From a virus (lineage: Duplodnaviria > Caudoviricetes): a stretch of 32,574 nucleotides of DNA. Where the stretch lies: positions 1 to 32,574 of IMG/VR virus record IMGVR_UViG_3300027980_000078, one strand, 5' to 3'. Each line of letters starts with the position of its first letter. Within the stretch, counting starts at the first letter, position 1. This document shows positions 1 through 8,515 of the stretch, one piece after another. Under the pieces are notes generated by a model. The model ran no database searches. It saw only the letters and a list, made by a program, of their open reading frames with translations, and was not told the DNA's origin. Both the position numbers and the translations under genes were made by a program.

Positions 1-689
1 GACAATAAGGTAGAAAATATATCATCTTTAATAAGAGATATTTCTTCTTCTATTTTCTTTTTCTCTTCCATTAAGTTAAACAACCTTTCATCTATATTGT
101 CTTCAACTATATACTCCTCATACTCATACTCATAAATTTCAATTATCGTATTTTTTATCTTATTAATCATCCTTCTAATATCCGACATTGTGTATTGGAA
201 GTCAAATAATTTATATTGCCCAGTAAAAACAATATCTCCATCCATCTCTACGGTTTCTAGGTGGTAAAAAAATACTTCAGGAACTCTATCGTACATTAAA
301 AAATACACTACTGAATAAAACAAACATTGCTCCTCCTTGTCTATTCTTTCTCTTGTATATGGTATCTTTCCTGTTTTGTATTCATAAATAATATTATCAC
401 CTAAAGAAACGCCATCGAAATAAGAGAGCAGTTGTGTTGCGACCTTATTTGTTTGTATTTTAGCTCTGGCTTCAAATTCTATACTAACTGGTATTTTAAC
501 ATTATTTATAATAAACGTTGGTATTTCATCCGAGTCTTCTTCCAACATAGTCATAAATCTCTTGCCGAAGCTCTGGGGTCTAGTAGCTTTATATTCTACA
601 CCTAAATTGTATTTTTTGTAATATGATTTTTTGCTTTTATTCCACAAAGAATATTGCTGAAAACTAAAATGTGGTCTATTTGTCTTCAT
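1..689 (-). CDS. PD-(D/E)XK (RecB/Cas4-like) exonuclease, runs off the window edge
   Basis: Not in the ORF track; hand translation from ATG at 689: MKTNRPHFSFQQYSLWNKSK...SYFDGVSLGDNIIYEYKTGK...EQCLFY. D...ExK and QxxxY motifs; adjacent to ERF gene. Confidence 0.75.
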   Translation of the reverse strand, partial: MKTNRPHFSFQQYSLWNKSKKSYYKKYNLGVEYKATRPQSFGKRFMTMLEEDSDEIPTFIINNVKIPVSIEFEARAKIQTNKVATQLLSYFDGVSLGDNIIYEYKTGKIPYTRERIDKEEQCLFYSVVYFLMYDRVPEVFFYHLETVEMDGDIVFTGQYKLFDFQYTMSDIRRMINKIKNTIIEIYEYEYEEYIVEDNIDERLFNLMEEKKKIEEEISLIKDDIFSTLL

Positions 690-1287
690 CGGTCATGTTT
701 TTTATTAATACCTCAATCTTTTCTATTTCTTCTGGTTCCATTTTCATTTTGTTATTCTCATAATATTTTTCTAATTGGTTTTTTCTTCTTCCCATCTCCA
801 TTAGCTTTTCTACCTTTTCAATATAGTTAACCTTTTTAACTGGCTTAAATGAACTTTCTTCTTTTGGTTTAACTACATCTACATCGTCGCCAGTAATTAT
901 CTTAAATAGAACTAATAGAGTGTATCTTCTAAAATAAGTAATTGCTGAGCCTAGAGCCTGATAAGAATTTTGACCAGGCAAAACAACGTTATCTGGAATA
1001 ACTAATTCACAAACTCTATTATCAGATAAGTTGTCTTTATCACAAACAACTGTTTTTATTATATTTCTCCCATCTACAACCTTCGTTTCGTGATAATATA
1101 TTAATCCATTGCTATCTAAAAGGGGGTTTAGTTTTTCAACAATAGTTTCAAGCTCAACATACCTAAACTTAAAACCTGCTGTATCTTTTTTTAATACAGG
1201 AAGAGCGTTAGAGATGCTGTCTATCTTTAATGTTATTGATTCTTGGTTTTTATTATTAGAGACTGCGTTATTAGAGAATGCGCTCAT
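676..1287 (-). CDS. erf: ERF-family ssDNA annealing protein
   Basis: FKFRYVELETI...QALGSAITYFRRYTLLVLFKIITGDDVD matches the ERF GSAxTYxRRYxL...DxD signature. Confidence 0.9.
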   Translation of the reverse strand: MSAFSNNAVSNNKNQESITLKIDSISNALPVLKKDTAGFKFRYVELETIVEKLNPLLDSNGLIYYHETKVVDGRNIIKTVVCDKDNLSDNRVCELVIPDNVVLPGQNSYQALGSAITYFRRYTLLVLFKIITGDDVDVVKPKEESSFKPVKKVNYIEKVEKLMEMGRRKNQLEKYYENNKMKMEPEEIEKIEVLIKNMTDEDK

Positions 1288-1469
1288 AATTGTCTGGTTT
1301 TTATTAGTTCTTTTTTTCTTGTTACAAGATAAGAATACAATTTGTTACGAGCAACAACTAATGGGCTATTTGGCTCAACATTTTCTGCAAATTCTCTTTG
1401 TGTCTTTTTAAGAAAAAATATTTTCTCATTGACCTCAATTCTAGCGTTTATTAATTCAAGTTTATTCAT
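1284..1469 (-). CDS. Hypothetical protein
   Basis: 61 aa, abuts the peptidase gene and overlaps erf by 4 nt. Confidence 0.65.
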   Translation of the reverse strand: MNKLELINARIEVNEKIFFLKKTQREFAENVEPNSPLVVARNKLYSYLVTRKKELIKTRQL

Positions 1470-2837
1470 TTACCTATCTAAAGAAGCCATATTATCATCT
1501 ACGTAAAATTGACAAGAAAAACAATAAAACATATCTATCGTATCGTCATATTGCAAAGAGCATCCGCAAGATACGTGATAATAATTTTCTGTTTTCTTAC
1601 CCTCTCTTATAACATCCCATTGAGTTGTTGCCTTTGTGTATTCTTTTTTAGTAACTTTTTCAGCTATTTTCTTTCGCCCATCTATTTCTTTTTGAAGTAA
1701 TATTTTAGAATACAACTCTGGTGATACCCATCCAAATCCAGAGACAAGAATACTTTTGTCGTTTGTTCTTTTATGGCTTGTAGCTTCATTTTTAGCAATG
1801 GTTTTTTGATTTTGTTTTGAGTTGTTTTTAGTATTAACACTTTTTGAAGCCTCTTTGTTTGTATGAGTTGTTTTTCTACCCCATTGGGATTCTGGGTACC
1901 ACGTCTTGTGGTTGTAATACGGAGTGGTTGGTTTCTCTCTTTTGATAGGGTATCGAATACCATCTGACCACAAACTATTTATAACGTCTTGAAAAAACAT
2001 ATAGGTCAAGATAACCTCATCTACAACTATATATTCATTATCCCTATGTGGTCGATAATAACCGCAACTTGTATTAAACCCACATACATCTATTTTATTT
2101 GAATAGGCTAGTTTATATACATCTGTTAAACCACCATTTACAGGGTTTTTTTGGTATTTTTCTAATAATGGTTTTAATAGGTTTTCAAAATTATCGTCGT
2201 ACATTTTTAGCCCAGATATTTTATTAGTTATATCATTATATCCCTTTCTATCGGCTTGTAAAACAAAAGAAACATCATCAAAAAAATCTTTGTTAGCTTT
2301 ACCGCTTCCAATACAACCAACCTCCTCATCTTTAAAAAAAGCTACTTTTATTTTTTTGTTGTTTTTTAATGCTTCTAGGGCGCAGAAAATACCAACCTTA
2401 TCGTCACCTCCAATTCCAGTCATTTCTACTCTTGTATGGTCGAAAGCAAACATCTTTCCTTTTAGGTTGTATACTTTATACTGTTCGCTTGGCTTTATCT
2501 TATGTACCGTATCGGTATGAGCTATAATACATGGGTATGTTTTAGCCTCTCCTTTTATAGCGTAATAATTACCATAATCATCTACGTAAGCCTCTGCTCC
2601 ATATTGATATATCTTTTTATGAATAAAATCTAGCATGTCCTTTTGATTATAGCTTTTAGATTGAATTTTCATTATCTCCCTAATTCTTGATGTCAGCTCT
2701 CTTTTTTTATCTTCTCCTATTACAAGCTTAGGTGTCTTTGTATGAAAGATTGGTGAGTTTGTTCCATCTAATCGCTTCTTAGATATAGCATTTCCTGAAG
2801 AGGACGACACTACTTTTAATTGTTTTTTGTTTTCCAT
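1470..2837 (-). CDS. M20/M28-clan zinc peptidase with basic linker and C-terminal Cys cluster
   Basis: AHTDTVH, GGDDKVG, DEEVGCIGS, QADR, YYRPHRDNE metal/catalytic motifs; C-terminal CGC...CFSC. Confidence 0.85.
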   Translation of the reverse strand: MENKKQLKVVSSSSGNAISKKRLDGTNSPIFHTKTPKLVIGEDKKRELTSRIREIMKIQSKSYNQKDMLDFIHKKIYQYGAEAYVDDYGNYYAIKGEAKTYPCIIAHTDTVHKIKPSEQYKVYNLKGKMFAFDHTRVEMTGIGGDDKVGIFCALEALKNNKKIKVAFFKDEEVGCIGSGKANKDFFDDVSFVLQADRKGYNDITNKISGLKMYDDNFENLLKPLLEKYQKNPVNGGLTDVYKLAYSNKIDVCGFNTSCGYYRPHRDNEYIVVDEVILTYMFFQDVINSLWSDGIRYPIKREKPTTPYYNHKTWYPESQWGRKTTHTNKEASKSVNTKNNSKQNQKTIAKNEATSHKRTNDKSILVSGFGWVSPELYSKILLQKEIDGRKKIAEKVTKKEYTKATTQWDVIREGKKTENYYHVSCGCSLQYDDTIDMFYCFSCQFYVDDNMASLDR

Positions 2838-2842
2838 TATTT

Positions 2843-4522
2843 CTATATTAAATTTTGATATGTTTTTATTTTACCTTCTGTACTACTCATTCTATACAAT
2901 GTTTTGTACTTTTTTATATCCTCTTGCGTAAACGTAGGACTAGGCTCATAAGCAAATAGCTTTAACTTATTCTCTGGGAGTTTTACGGAGTAATGGAAAG
3001 AGTCAAGGTATGGGTATTTAATTTCCCTACTTACAATATTAAACAGCCTTAATTCTTGCATAGAAGCAACTTTTTTTCCGTTTAACATCCAACTAGAAGA
3101 TGTCCCCCTAACCTGATGGCTTCTATATAGGTAGTTGTTTTTAATAGCCCACTCTTTAAAAACTTCTCTACTCGCTTGTGAGCCATATATCCTATCCATA
3201 ACATTAAATTTCTTTCCCTTGTATTTCGGATTCTCACTTTTTATATTTTCCCATAACAAGGCTCTTCCGATGATTAAGTCTTTTTTCTCAGAATAAAGGA
3301 TTAATAACTTAGTATTCTTAACAAGCATATCTAAAAAAGGTGCGCAAGTATCATATCGTAAACAACTACTACCTAGTGAGTCTACGTTTTTTGAAGAATC
3401 ATAACGACGATAATTATAATACTTTATAATATCACTTCCTGATACAATTTTTAACTCGTGTTCAGGGGGAGCTGCCATCTTATGTAAAATAACCTCTTTA
3501 ATCTTTTCATATCCTTTTGGGTCACTATCATAATTCCTAGCAACTCCAAGAACCCTCATAAGCAAATCAACTCCTTTCCCTGGTCTTATAGAGTGGGTTT
3601 TCGCTCCTATATTATAATCAATAAGCTTAGTATCGTGGTTGTAAGTAAATTTATGTGGTAAAAATGAGGGTATTTTTTTGTTTCCTATTAATCGGTCTAC
3701 TTCATCGTTGCTATGAATTTTCTGGCTTGTCGTTGATATTATTGAGTTAAACTGTTCTATTGCTGAGTGTTTTACAATATATTTAAGGACTTTTCTTGAA
3801 TATATCGCTGCTTGAGTATCTATCGTTGTATATTCATAATCACTAATTATAAAATTATTCGAATAATTATCATTACTAAAAGCCCTGCGCCTAGCATAAA
3901 AATTTCCGCCTTTAACAAACACTACATCCTTTTGGTCGGTTTCTTCAAAAGCATTTTTTCTTAACGCCTTTATAGAAAACAATAGTTTTTTGTACATTTC
4001 TTCTCTTTTAGGCTCTTTGTCCATTTTAGCAACCAACCTAGAAACATTGAATAGGTTTTTCTTTTTAAAACGAAACATCACTCCCTCGTCTTTTAAATAG
4101 CTAATTAGCTTCCCTGTATTCTTGCTTGTTCTCGACGCATAAGGAGAGATTTTAAAATAATATGGGTTATCTCTAACAGGCTCAATTATTGGTATATCCC
4201 CAAAAAATAAACATCCGTTATTAACTCTAATGGTTCTTGTTATACCAGAATCATACCTATTATAATCTAAATTATTCTCACGAAGATTTGTAATATAATA
4301 AAGATAGTTTTTTATAAGACTCTTCCTTTTAAGGGCTTCTGAAATAAGATCAGGCTCTTTAATTTCTACAACACCATCTTCCTTTCTAAGACTTATCTTT
4401 ATTTTTTCGATATCTGTAACTTCAGGAATATCTATAAAAGAGGTACACGAAAATTCTTCTAATCGTATAAGTTCTTCTGAGAGGTTTAAATTAGTTCCTA
4501 TACGTCTTCTTATTGTTGGCAT
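2843..4522 (-). CDS. Large phage protein with C-terminal SC(L/M)R...GRALLW...MDRIY...YPYLD domain
   Basis: 559 aa; recalled as a recurrent phage domain of unknown function. Confidence 0.7.
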   Translation of the reverse strand: MPTIRRRIGTNLNLSEELIRLEEFSCTSFIDIPEVTDIEKIKISLRKEDGVVEIKEPDLISEALKRKSLIKNYLYYITNLRENNLDYNRYDSGITRTIRVNNGCLFFGDIPIIEPVRDNPYYFKISPYASRTSKNTGKLISYLKDEGVMFRFKKKNLFNVSRLVAKMDKEPKREEMYKKLLFSIKALRKNAFEETDQKDVVFVKGGNFYARRRAFSNDNYSNNFIISDYEYTTIDTQAAIYSRKVLKYIVKHSAIEQFNSIISTTSQKIHSNDEVDRLIGNKKIPSFLPHKFTYNHDTKLIDYNIGAKTHSIRPGKGVDLLMRVLGVARNYDSDPKGYEKIKEVILHKMAAPPEHELKIVSGSDIIKYYNYRRYDSSKNVDSLGSSCLRYDTCAPFLDMLVKNTKLLILYSEKKDLIIGRALLWENIKSENPKYKGKKFNVMDRIYGSQASREVFKEWAIKNNYLYRSHQVRGTSSSWMLNGKKVASMQELRLFNIVSREIKYPYLDSFHYSVKLPENKLKLFAYEPSPTFTQEDIKKYKTLYRMSSTEGKIKTYQNLI

Positions 4523-4550
4523 CTTTCCTTTTGTTTTTTATTCAACTATA

Positions 4551-4581
4551 CAAACCTATATAAATATTATTGTAGGGCGAA
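4551..4581 (-). promoter_or_regulatory. Bacteroidetes-type sigmaA promoter for the leftward operon
   Basis: Minus strand TTCG-N19-TAGGTTTG (consensus TTTG-N19-21-TAnnTTTG), about 30 nt upstream of ATG at 4522. Confidence 0.55.
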
Positions 4582-4615
4582 GAAGTTGTGAGTTTTTTTG
4601 TCAGGCTTTTGAGGA

Positions 4616-4680
4616 GTTTTTTAACGAGATGCCCCCTCCCTTTTTTCTCCTGTTTTTTAACGAGATAGACCCCCTCTTTT
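4616..4680. repeat. Two direct repeats GTTTTTTAACGAGAT...CCCCCTC
   Basis: 15-bp identical cores at 4616-4630 and 4652-4666, each followed by CCCCCTC and a T run. Confidence 0.8.
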
Positions 4681-4756
4681 ATCATTGAATCAAAAACCAA
4701 CTCTAGAGATAGAGCATATATGGGCTTGGTTGCAAATGTCAGAAGGGCATCTAAAT

Positions 4757-4792
4757 AAAAAAGCCCCGCCAAAGAAGAACAGAAGCGGGGCT
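4757..4792 (-). terminator. Intrinsic terminator-like hairpin
   Basis: AGCCCCGC (4762-4769) / GCGGGGCT (4785-4792), 15-nt loop, followed by a U run on the minus strand. Confidence 0.5.
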
Positions 4793-5111
4793 GGACAAAA
4801 AACCAACTAGCACCAAATTTAAAAATAGGGGAGAAAATAATAATTTCAGTTACTTTTTTCAATACCTTAATATTTAACCGCAAATTAGTAAAGCCCCAAA
4901 ATAACCAATAATTTATATGTATATTTTTGACAGGTAGATGTAGATGCCCACCGATATATCAGGAAATTATCAGGCATTTTGTCAGTTTTTTTACATAACT
5001 CACCCAAAAATAAAAACAACAAAATAACAGCTAAAAAACCAACTAACTCCCTAATATATAGTAAGTTACTTATTTAGAACGAATATAAATTAAAAAAAAT
5101 TTTAGTAATTA

Positions 5112-5142
5112 TTTGGTATATTACAATAGTTTACTATCTTTG
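5112..5142 (+). promoter_or_regulatory. Bacteroidetes-type sigmaA promoter
   Basis: TTTG (5112-5115)-N19-TATCTTTG (5135-5142), consensus match with A-rich upstream tract. Confidence 0.75.
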
Positions 5143-5200
5143 TATTGTTGTTAGTCGTTAAAGACGCAACAAATTAAAGTTCAATTTAAAACCTATTAAA

Positions 5201-5830
5201 ATGAAAAATGCAAAAAATCTAGACGCAAACACAAAAGAGTCTAAAGTACAAAAAGCAAAAGCTGTAAAAGAAAACAGCAAAAAAGAAACTCCAGAAAAGG
5301 AGCAAAAGCCAAAAGGGCAGAAAGTTTTTAACTTTACAATCCCTACAAGCTGGTCGAAAGAGTTGGCTATATTTAAGGAGGTCGTTTCTGAGTATAGAGG
5401 GCGCAAAGTAGACTTTAAAACCCTATTTGCAAAAGCAAAAGAGTTAAGGAACAACCCGAAATATGACCTAAAACCATGGAGCGAATTATCGGCAAATACT
5501 GGCCGTAACTTCGAGAATAGGTTGAGCCGATTCTTAGGTGGTACAATAGAACGTGGGTTCTATAAGCAATCAAAACAAGCGCAGTATTTCAATATCCAAG
5601 TATGGACAGGTCAAACTTGCTCGTTCTCAACACCAATAGACCCCACGGTAAACCTAAGCCCACAGGTTAAGGCAGAAGGGCAATCAATTACAATACCAAA
5701 GAGAAAACTACAACGTGTAGCTGAGGTAATTACAAAAGAGTCCGTAAATCCTGAGTTTCTTCAAAGACTCCAAAACCCAAAAACTGAGGAGAAAAAAGAG
5801 GAAACCACAACCGAACAAACTCCAGCGTAA
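5201..5830 (+). CDS. Basic hypothetical protein, candidate immediate-early gene
   Basis: 209 aa, Lys/Glu-rich termini, own promoter and downstream hairpin. Confidence 0.8.
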   Translation: MKNAKNLDANTKESKVQKAKAVKENSKKETPEKEQKPKGQKVFNFTIPTSWSKELAIFKEVVSEYRGRKVDFKTLFAKAKELRNNPKYDLKPWSELSANTGRNFENRLSRFLGGTIERGFYKQSKQAQYFNIQVWTGQTCSFSTPIDPTVNLSPQVKAEGQSITIPKRKLQRVAEVITKESVNPEFLQRLQNPKTEEKKEETTTEQTPA

Positions 5831-5846
5831 ATAGAAACAAGTAACC

Positions 5847-5874
5847 GCCCCTGGCACAACTCGTCAGGGGCTTT
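5847..5874 (+). terminator. GC-rich hairpin (weak terminator or processing stem)
   Basis: GCCCCTGGC/GTCAGGGGC stem, only TTT afterwards. Confidence 0.5.
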
Positions 5875-5888
5875 AAAACCCAAATATT

Positions 5889-6017
5889 ATGAAAAACTCA
5901 ATTTTAACCAAGAAAGAAAAAGTATACCTAGCCTTAATAGCGTTTAACGCTTCCTTATTAGCGACTTCTTTAATAGTCTTTACAATCGATATAGTTGCCA
6001 ATATTATAACGGCTTAA
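5889..6017 (+). CDS. 42-aa single-pass membrane peptide
   Basis: Hand translation MKNSILTKKEKVYLALIAFNASLLATSLIVFTIDIVANIITA; lies between two hairpins. Confidence 0.65.
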   Translation: MKNSILTKKEKVYLALIAFNASLLATSLIVFTIDIVANIITA

Positions 6018-6036
6018 AACAACTCAAATACAATAT

Positions 6037-6066
6037 ATCCCTGTCTTTAATTAGACGGGGATTTTT
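6037..6066 (+). terminator. Intrinsic terminator
   Basis: ATCCCTGTCT/AGACGGGGAT stem followed by T run. Confidence 0.8.
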
Positions 6067-6177
6067 ATGTTAAAAAATAGGGAGGGGGGGGGTCGGGCTA
6101 TACTCCTGCAAATGCCCCATTTTTGAATCATAGGCACGAATCGCCCATTTCGGGGAGACATTCCATTGTTATATTAA

Positions 6178-6497
6178 TTGTAACAGGTTTGTAACAGATT
6201 TGTAACAGGTTAGTGAGTAGTGTTTACGGTGGTTTATCTATATATTGTTACTTTGTTACATTTTTTAAATAATAAATAGATAGAAACTCTCTTTGTGGGA
6301 GTTATAGCGGAGGTTACGATTTGGGTGTAACATGTAACAAAAAGTTACGTGGTTGTTTTTTAGGGAGTTGCGTGTTACAAACCTGTTTTTTTGTTACAAA
6401 TTTTGGTTATGTTTTTGTGTTGTCCAGCACGGTTGCGTGGGATAATGGCCACTTTTCCTGTTGTTCTTGTGGTTTTTTGTGGGAATAAGGTGTAACA
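6178..6497. repeat. GTAAC/GTTAC iteron-like array, candidate replication origin
   Basis: Three tandem 11-mers TTGTAACAG(G/A)T at 6178-6210; about 12 GTAAC/GTTAC copies in both orientations; perfect 15-bp inverted repeat 6182-6196 / 6373-6387. Confidence 0.75.
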
Positions 6498-6652
6498 TTA
6501 GCATTTGCTGTTATTTTCTTGTGTTATCATCGCTGTTTAACTTTCATCCATCGCTGTCAATGTTCTCTTTTGTGAGTTATTTTTTGATATGCCCATATAA
6601 TCTTATCGAGTTCTTTTTTTCCATTGGCGGTAGAAAAAAGATACATTAGGAT

Positions 6653-6683
6653 TTTGAAGTAAAGAAGGGAATTTGTAGGTTTG
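6653..6683 (+). promoter_or_regulatory. Bacteroidetes-type sigmaA promoter for the rightward operon
   Basis: TTTG (6653-6656)-N19-TAGGTTTG (6676-6683). Confidence 0.7.
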
Positions 6684-6711
6684 AAGGTATTATAATAATA
6701 AAATATATATT

Positions 6712-6924
6712 ATGCCATTTAAGTCAAAGATAAATATTGAAGATTTTAAAGATGTACCTCGTCGGTCTGAAGCAAGTAGGGATAAGTCAAAGGAGGTACA
6801 GTTAAATATCAATATACCAATTAATAAGGTAAAGAAGTTACGTGTTTTTTGTGTTGAGAACGATATTTCTTATAAAGGAGCTGTTAATCGATTAATTGAC
6901 ATATTGTTAAAGGACAATTCTTAA
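6712..6924 (+). CDS. Ribbon-helix-helix DNA-binding protein (ParG/CopG-like)
   Basis: VQLNINIP strand followed by KVKKLRVFCVENDISYKGAVNRLIDILL helices. Confidence 0.7.
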   Translation: MPFKSKINIEDFKDVPRRSEASRDKSKEVQLNINIPINKVKKLRVFCVENDISYKGAVNRLIDILLKDNS

Positions 6925-6934
6925 TAATTTCTAT

Positions 6935-7192
6935 ATGATAAGATATAGTATTTCAGAAATAAGAATAAAGGAAGTTAAAAGCCTATCTGGTAGTAAAGCA
7001 AAGAAAGAATATACTATTTTTGCTACTATGAAGGTTCGTTTTCTATGGTTTTTAATAGATGTTCGTAGGGTTCGTTTGGACTGGAATTTTTCTTTTCCTA
7101 GAGAGGGCTGGTTATTTGAGCCTTATGCAACAAAAAACCTAGAACAGGCTAAGTCAGTTTATAAATTTGTCTGTTCTCAGTACTTAAAATAA
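6935..7192 (+). CDS. Hypothetical protein
   Basis: 85 aa in operon context. Confidence 0.65.
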   Translation: MIRYSISEIRIKEVKSLSGSKAKKEYTIFATMKVRFLWFLIDVRRVRLDWNFSFPREGWLFEPYATKNLEQAKSVYKFVCSQYLK

Positions 7193-7219
7193 TTAAACAT
7201 TAACTTAATTCTAAATATT

Positions 7220-7720
7220 ATGAAAAATCCAATTAATTCTTTTATTCTCTGCGCTTTTTTATCTGTTTTTATTTTGATTTTTACAATAGAAAGCTGCACA
7301 CAAGACTCGAACATCCAAGAGAGTGAGGTAGCAATAGACTTGCTTCTATCTAAGGATAGTAATAGCAATTTAGATGAGCTAGAAAACATATATCAATCTT
7401 TAAGGGATATACCTAGCAATAGTGTTATTGTTACCGATAATCCTTTATGGCGTTATTATGAGCAAAACAAGATATTATCTTATTATTCTGAGATAAAGGA
7501 TATTGCCGAAAAAAATGGAATAAGCCTTTACGGTATATACTGGAACCAAAAACTAAATAGACATATTGGTATTGGAAATAAGTTAGAAGACTGTAATCCG
7601 AGTCATACCGACTGTTCTGTTCCTCATGGCGAAGGATGTTACCGTTCTTTCGCTTATAATATAGGAGGAAATTTAACGGTAATATGTTGTTACGTAGACC
7701 CAAATCCGTGCAAGGATTAA
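7220..7720 (+). CDS. Predicted lipoprotein with Cys-rich C-terminus
   Basis: Hydrophobic signal ending IES-C followed by an acidic stretch; six Cys in the last ~43 aa. Confidence 0.65.
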   Translation: MKNPINSFILCAFLSVFILIFTIESCTQDSNIQESEVAIDLLLSKDSNSNLDELENIYQSLRDIPSNSVIVTDNPLWRYYEQNKILSYYSEIKDIAEKNGISLYGIYWNQKLNRHIGIGNKLEDCNPSHTDCSVPHGEGCYRSFAYNIGGNLTVICCYVDPNPCKD

Positions 7721-7774
7721 ATACGATTAGCCTTAGCAGGGATTTTTATTATAAACCATTAAATTTTAAATATT

Positions 7775-8404
7775 ATGAGCAAAACAAAGATTTCGATTCA
7801 TCGGGCTTTAACGGAGCTAAAGGTTATTGATGACAGGATAAGAAAAAAGATTGAGGCATTTTCTCCTGTTGGAATATACAAAAAAGACAAAAAGGTAAAC
7901 GAGGTGCATACCGTAGATGAGTTTAACAAACAGGTTAAATCTTCTTATGAGTCTATTGACGCTTTAATAGATAGGAAGTTTATGTTAAAGTCTCTTATTG
8001 CTGTATCTAATTCAATAACTAAGGTAGTTATATTAGGTAATGAAGTTACGGTAACTGAAGCGATTGTTATAAAAGACATAATTGAGCAAAAGAGGTTTCT
8101 TAGAAATCATATTTCAAAAGCCTATAACCACTCTTTATCTAATATAGAGCAAATAAACACCAAAGTTGATAAAAACGCATTAAGTCTAGGTGAGGCAGCT
8201 GTTGGTGGCGACAAAGACAACCTCAAAAAAAATGAGGTTGAGGCAATTATGGAAACATATATTGAAAACAATAAGGTTAGATTAGCAGACCCCTTAGATG
8301 TTGTTAATGAGATAAGTAAGATAGATAAGAAAATAAACGACTTCGCAGACAATATTGATTCTGTTTTATCTGAATCTAACGCAACAACGTTCATTGAATT
8401 ATAA
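7775..8404 (+). CDS. Helical/coiled-coil protein, tentatively DIP1984-like
   Basis: N-terminal ISIHRALTELKVIDDRI, central VTVTEAI, C-terminal DPL...IDSVLSESNATTFIEL; family call from memory. Confidence 0.7.
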   Translation: MSKTKISIHRALTELKVIDDRIRKKIEAFSPVGIYKKDKKVNEVHTVDEFNKQVKSSYESIDALIDRKFMLKSLIAVSNSITKVVILGNEVTVTEAIVIKDIIEQKRFLRNHISKAYNHSLSNIEQINTKVDKNALSLGEAAVGGDKDNLKKNEVEAIMETYIENNKVRLADPLDVVNEISKIDKKINDFADNIDSVLSESNATTFIEL

Positions 8405-8515
8405 CAATATTATATCGGAGTGCGTGAAGGCTCTAAATGTAATTCCTTTCTTATTAGGTTAAATAAGACTTTAAATAAATCAATACTGTAAATATTGAAT
8501 TAGACTTTTGCTAAA

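Noticed and set aside
1-689. CRISPR-associated Cas4
   Set aside because: No Fe-S cysteine cluster in the visible part and no cas context; ERF adjacency points to recombination.
4542-4883. 113-aa minus-strand ORF
   Set aside because: Non-ATG start; crosses a terminator-like hairpin, direct repeats and a promoter.
6178-6497. CRISPR array or coding region (ORF 6461-6649)
   Set aside because: Short repeats in both orientations with irregular spacing; the ORF is a TTG-start, low-complexity product of T-rich DNA.
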